From contig NW_026926125.1 of the NCBI RefSeq assembly GCF_032062105.1, positions 124,001 through 188,000 of the forward strand: DNA of 64,000 bases, in the 5' to 3' direction. The position numbers and the translations under genes are program-made. The notes beneath the pieces were generated by a model. The model made no database searches and was not told the DNA's origin. It saw only the letters and a program-made list of their open reading frames with translations. This stretch comes from Saccostrea cucullata. Lineage: Eukaryota. This document shows, piece by piece, positions 63,292 through 64,000 of this stretch. Position 1 is the stretch's first letter. Each line of letters opens with the position of its first letter.

Positions 63292-64000
63292 TATGATGAT
63301 TACGCTTTTTCTGTTAACCTTCCATGTAGGACTTTATATATCCTTTGTAGTACATTCTTTTGAAATTATTAATACATGTACAATCTATGGCAAACAAATT
63401 TACTAATAAATTGTAAGTAATGAAAATAATAAAGTGTTATTTAATAAGGACGGAAAATGATCATAATATGGCTTTCATCCAGGAAAAATAAAAGTTCATG
63501 ATATAAATAATATTTAATAGTTATCAACGGAAGTGGCATTTGATTTTTCATCGAAGAAAAAATCCATTCAAAACGTCTTAAGTACATGTAGATGATCAAA
63601 GAATTATTTAGGGAATCAAAGTCTAGTTTGTTGGGTATTCCGGGACATCAATGATAGTTGAATAGATGGGATCATTTGCAAAACGCGAGAACCTTATACT
63701 TACATCTAATTGTGAAATAAAATTACATGTATATATATTTAGGTTTAAAAACATGTCTAATAGATTTTTTTTTACACAAGGTCTTCCATGTCAATTTCAA
63801 TAGTTCCTGCCCACTGATGTCAAACACAAATAAAACCGCAAGAGAATGACTTTAAAAGAATGCTTTTTAGGCCTATGCTCGGCACTCAGGGCTATTGCCG
63901 AAAAAAAAGCAGGGTCATGTTATTTTTTTCAATCGTGCCACATATTTAACAAAGGTTTAAAAACATTGTTAAAGATAGATGTTTTTTTTATAAACGTATA

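Overview
AT-rich, intron-containing animal DNA. Its repeat families (HINE/pearl-type elements with Cg170-like ~166-bp units, Penelope fragments, tRNA-SINE) suggest an oyster or other bivalve, which is an inference. The left half holds a 10-exon, ~313-aa pore-loop (Ion_trans_2-like) channel gene with a non-canonical filter (TLCGTAD), assembled here by hand and only fragmentarily visible in the ORF track. Its 9.4-kb intron 6 carries a three-layer transposon nest (HINE > CACTA-type > apparently intact Harbinger). The right half (32.6-63.3 kb) is a cluster of four paralogues plus one remnant. Each encodes an acidic N-terminus with an FFAT-like motif, an OTU deubiquitinase domain, a Mab-21/cGAS-like (cGLR) domain with degenerate catalytic residues, and a helical/TPR-like tail. 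The paralogues form two subtypes that appear to be arranged as head-to-head pairs. The two minus-strand copies (A, D) are intact. The two plus-strand copies carry complementary frameshifts: B in the cGLR exon, C in an OTU exon. This OTU-cGLR cluster is the best candidate for an undescribed innate-immune system. All gene models come from manual GT-AG and phase reading and were not checked against databases or RNA-seq.
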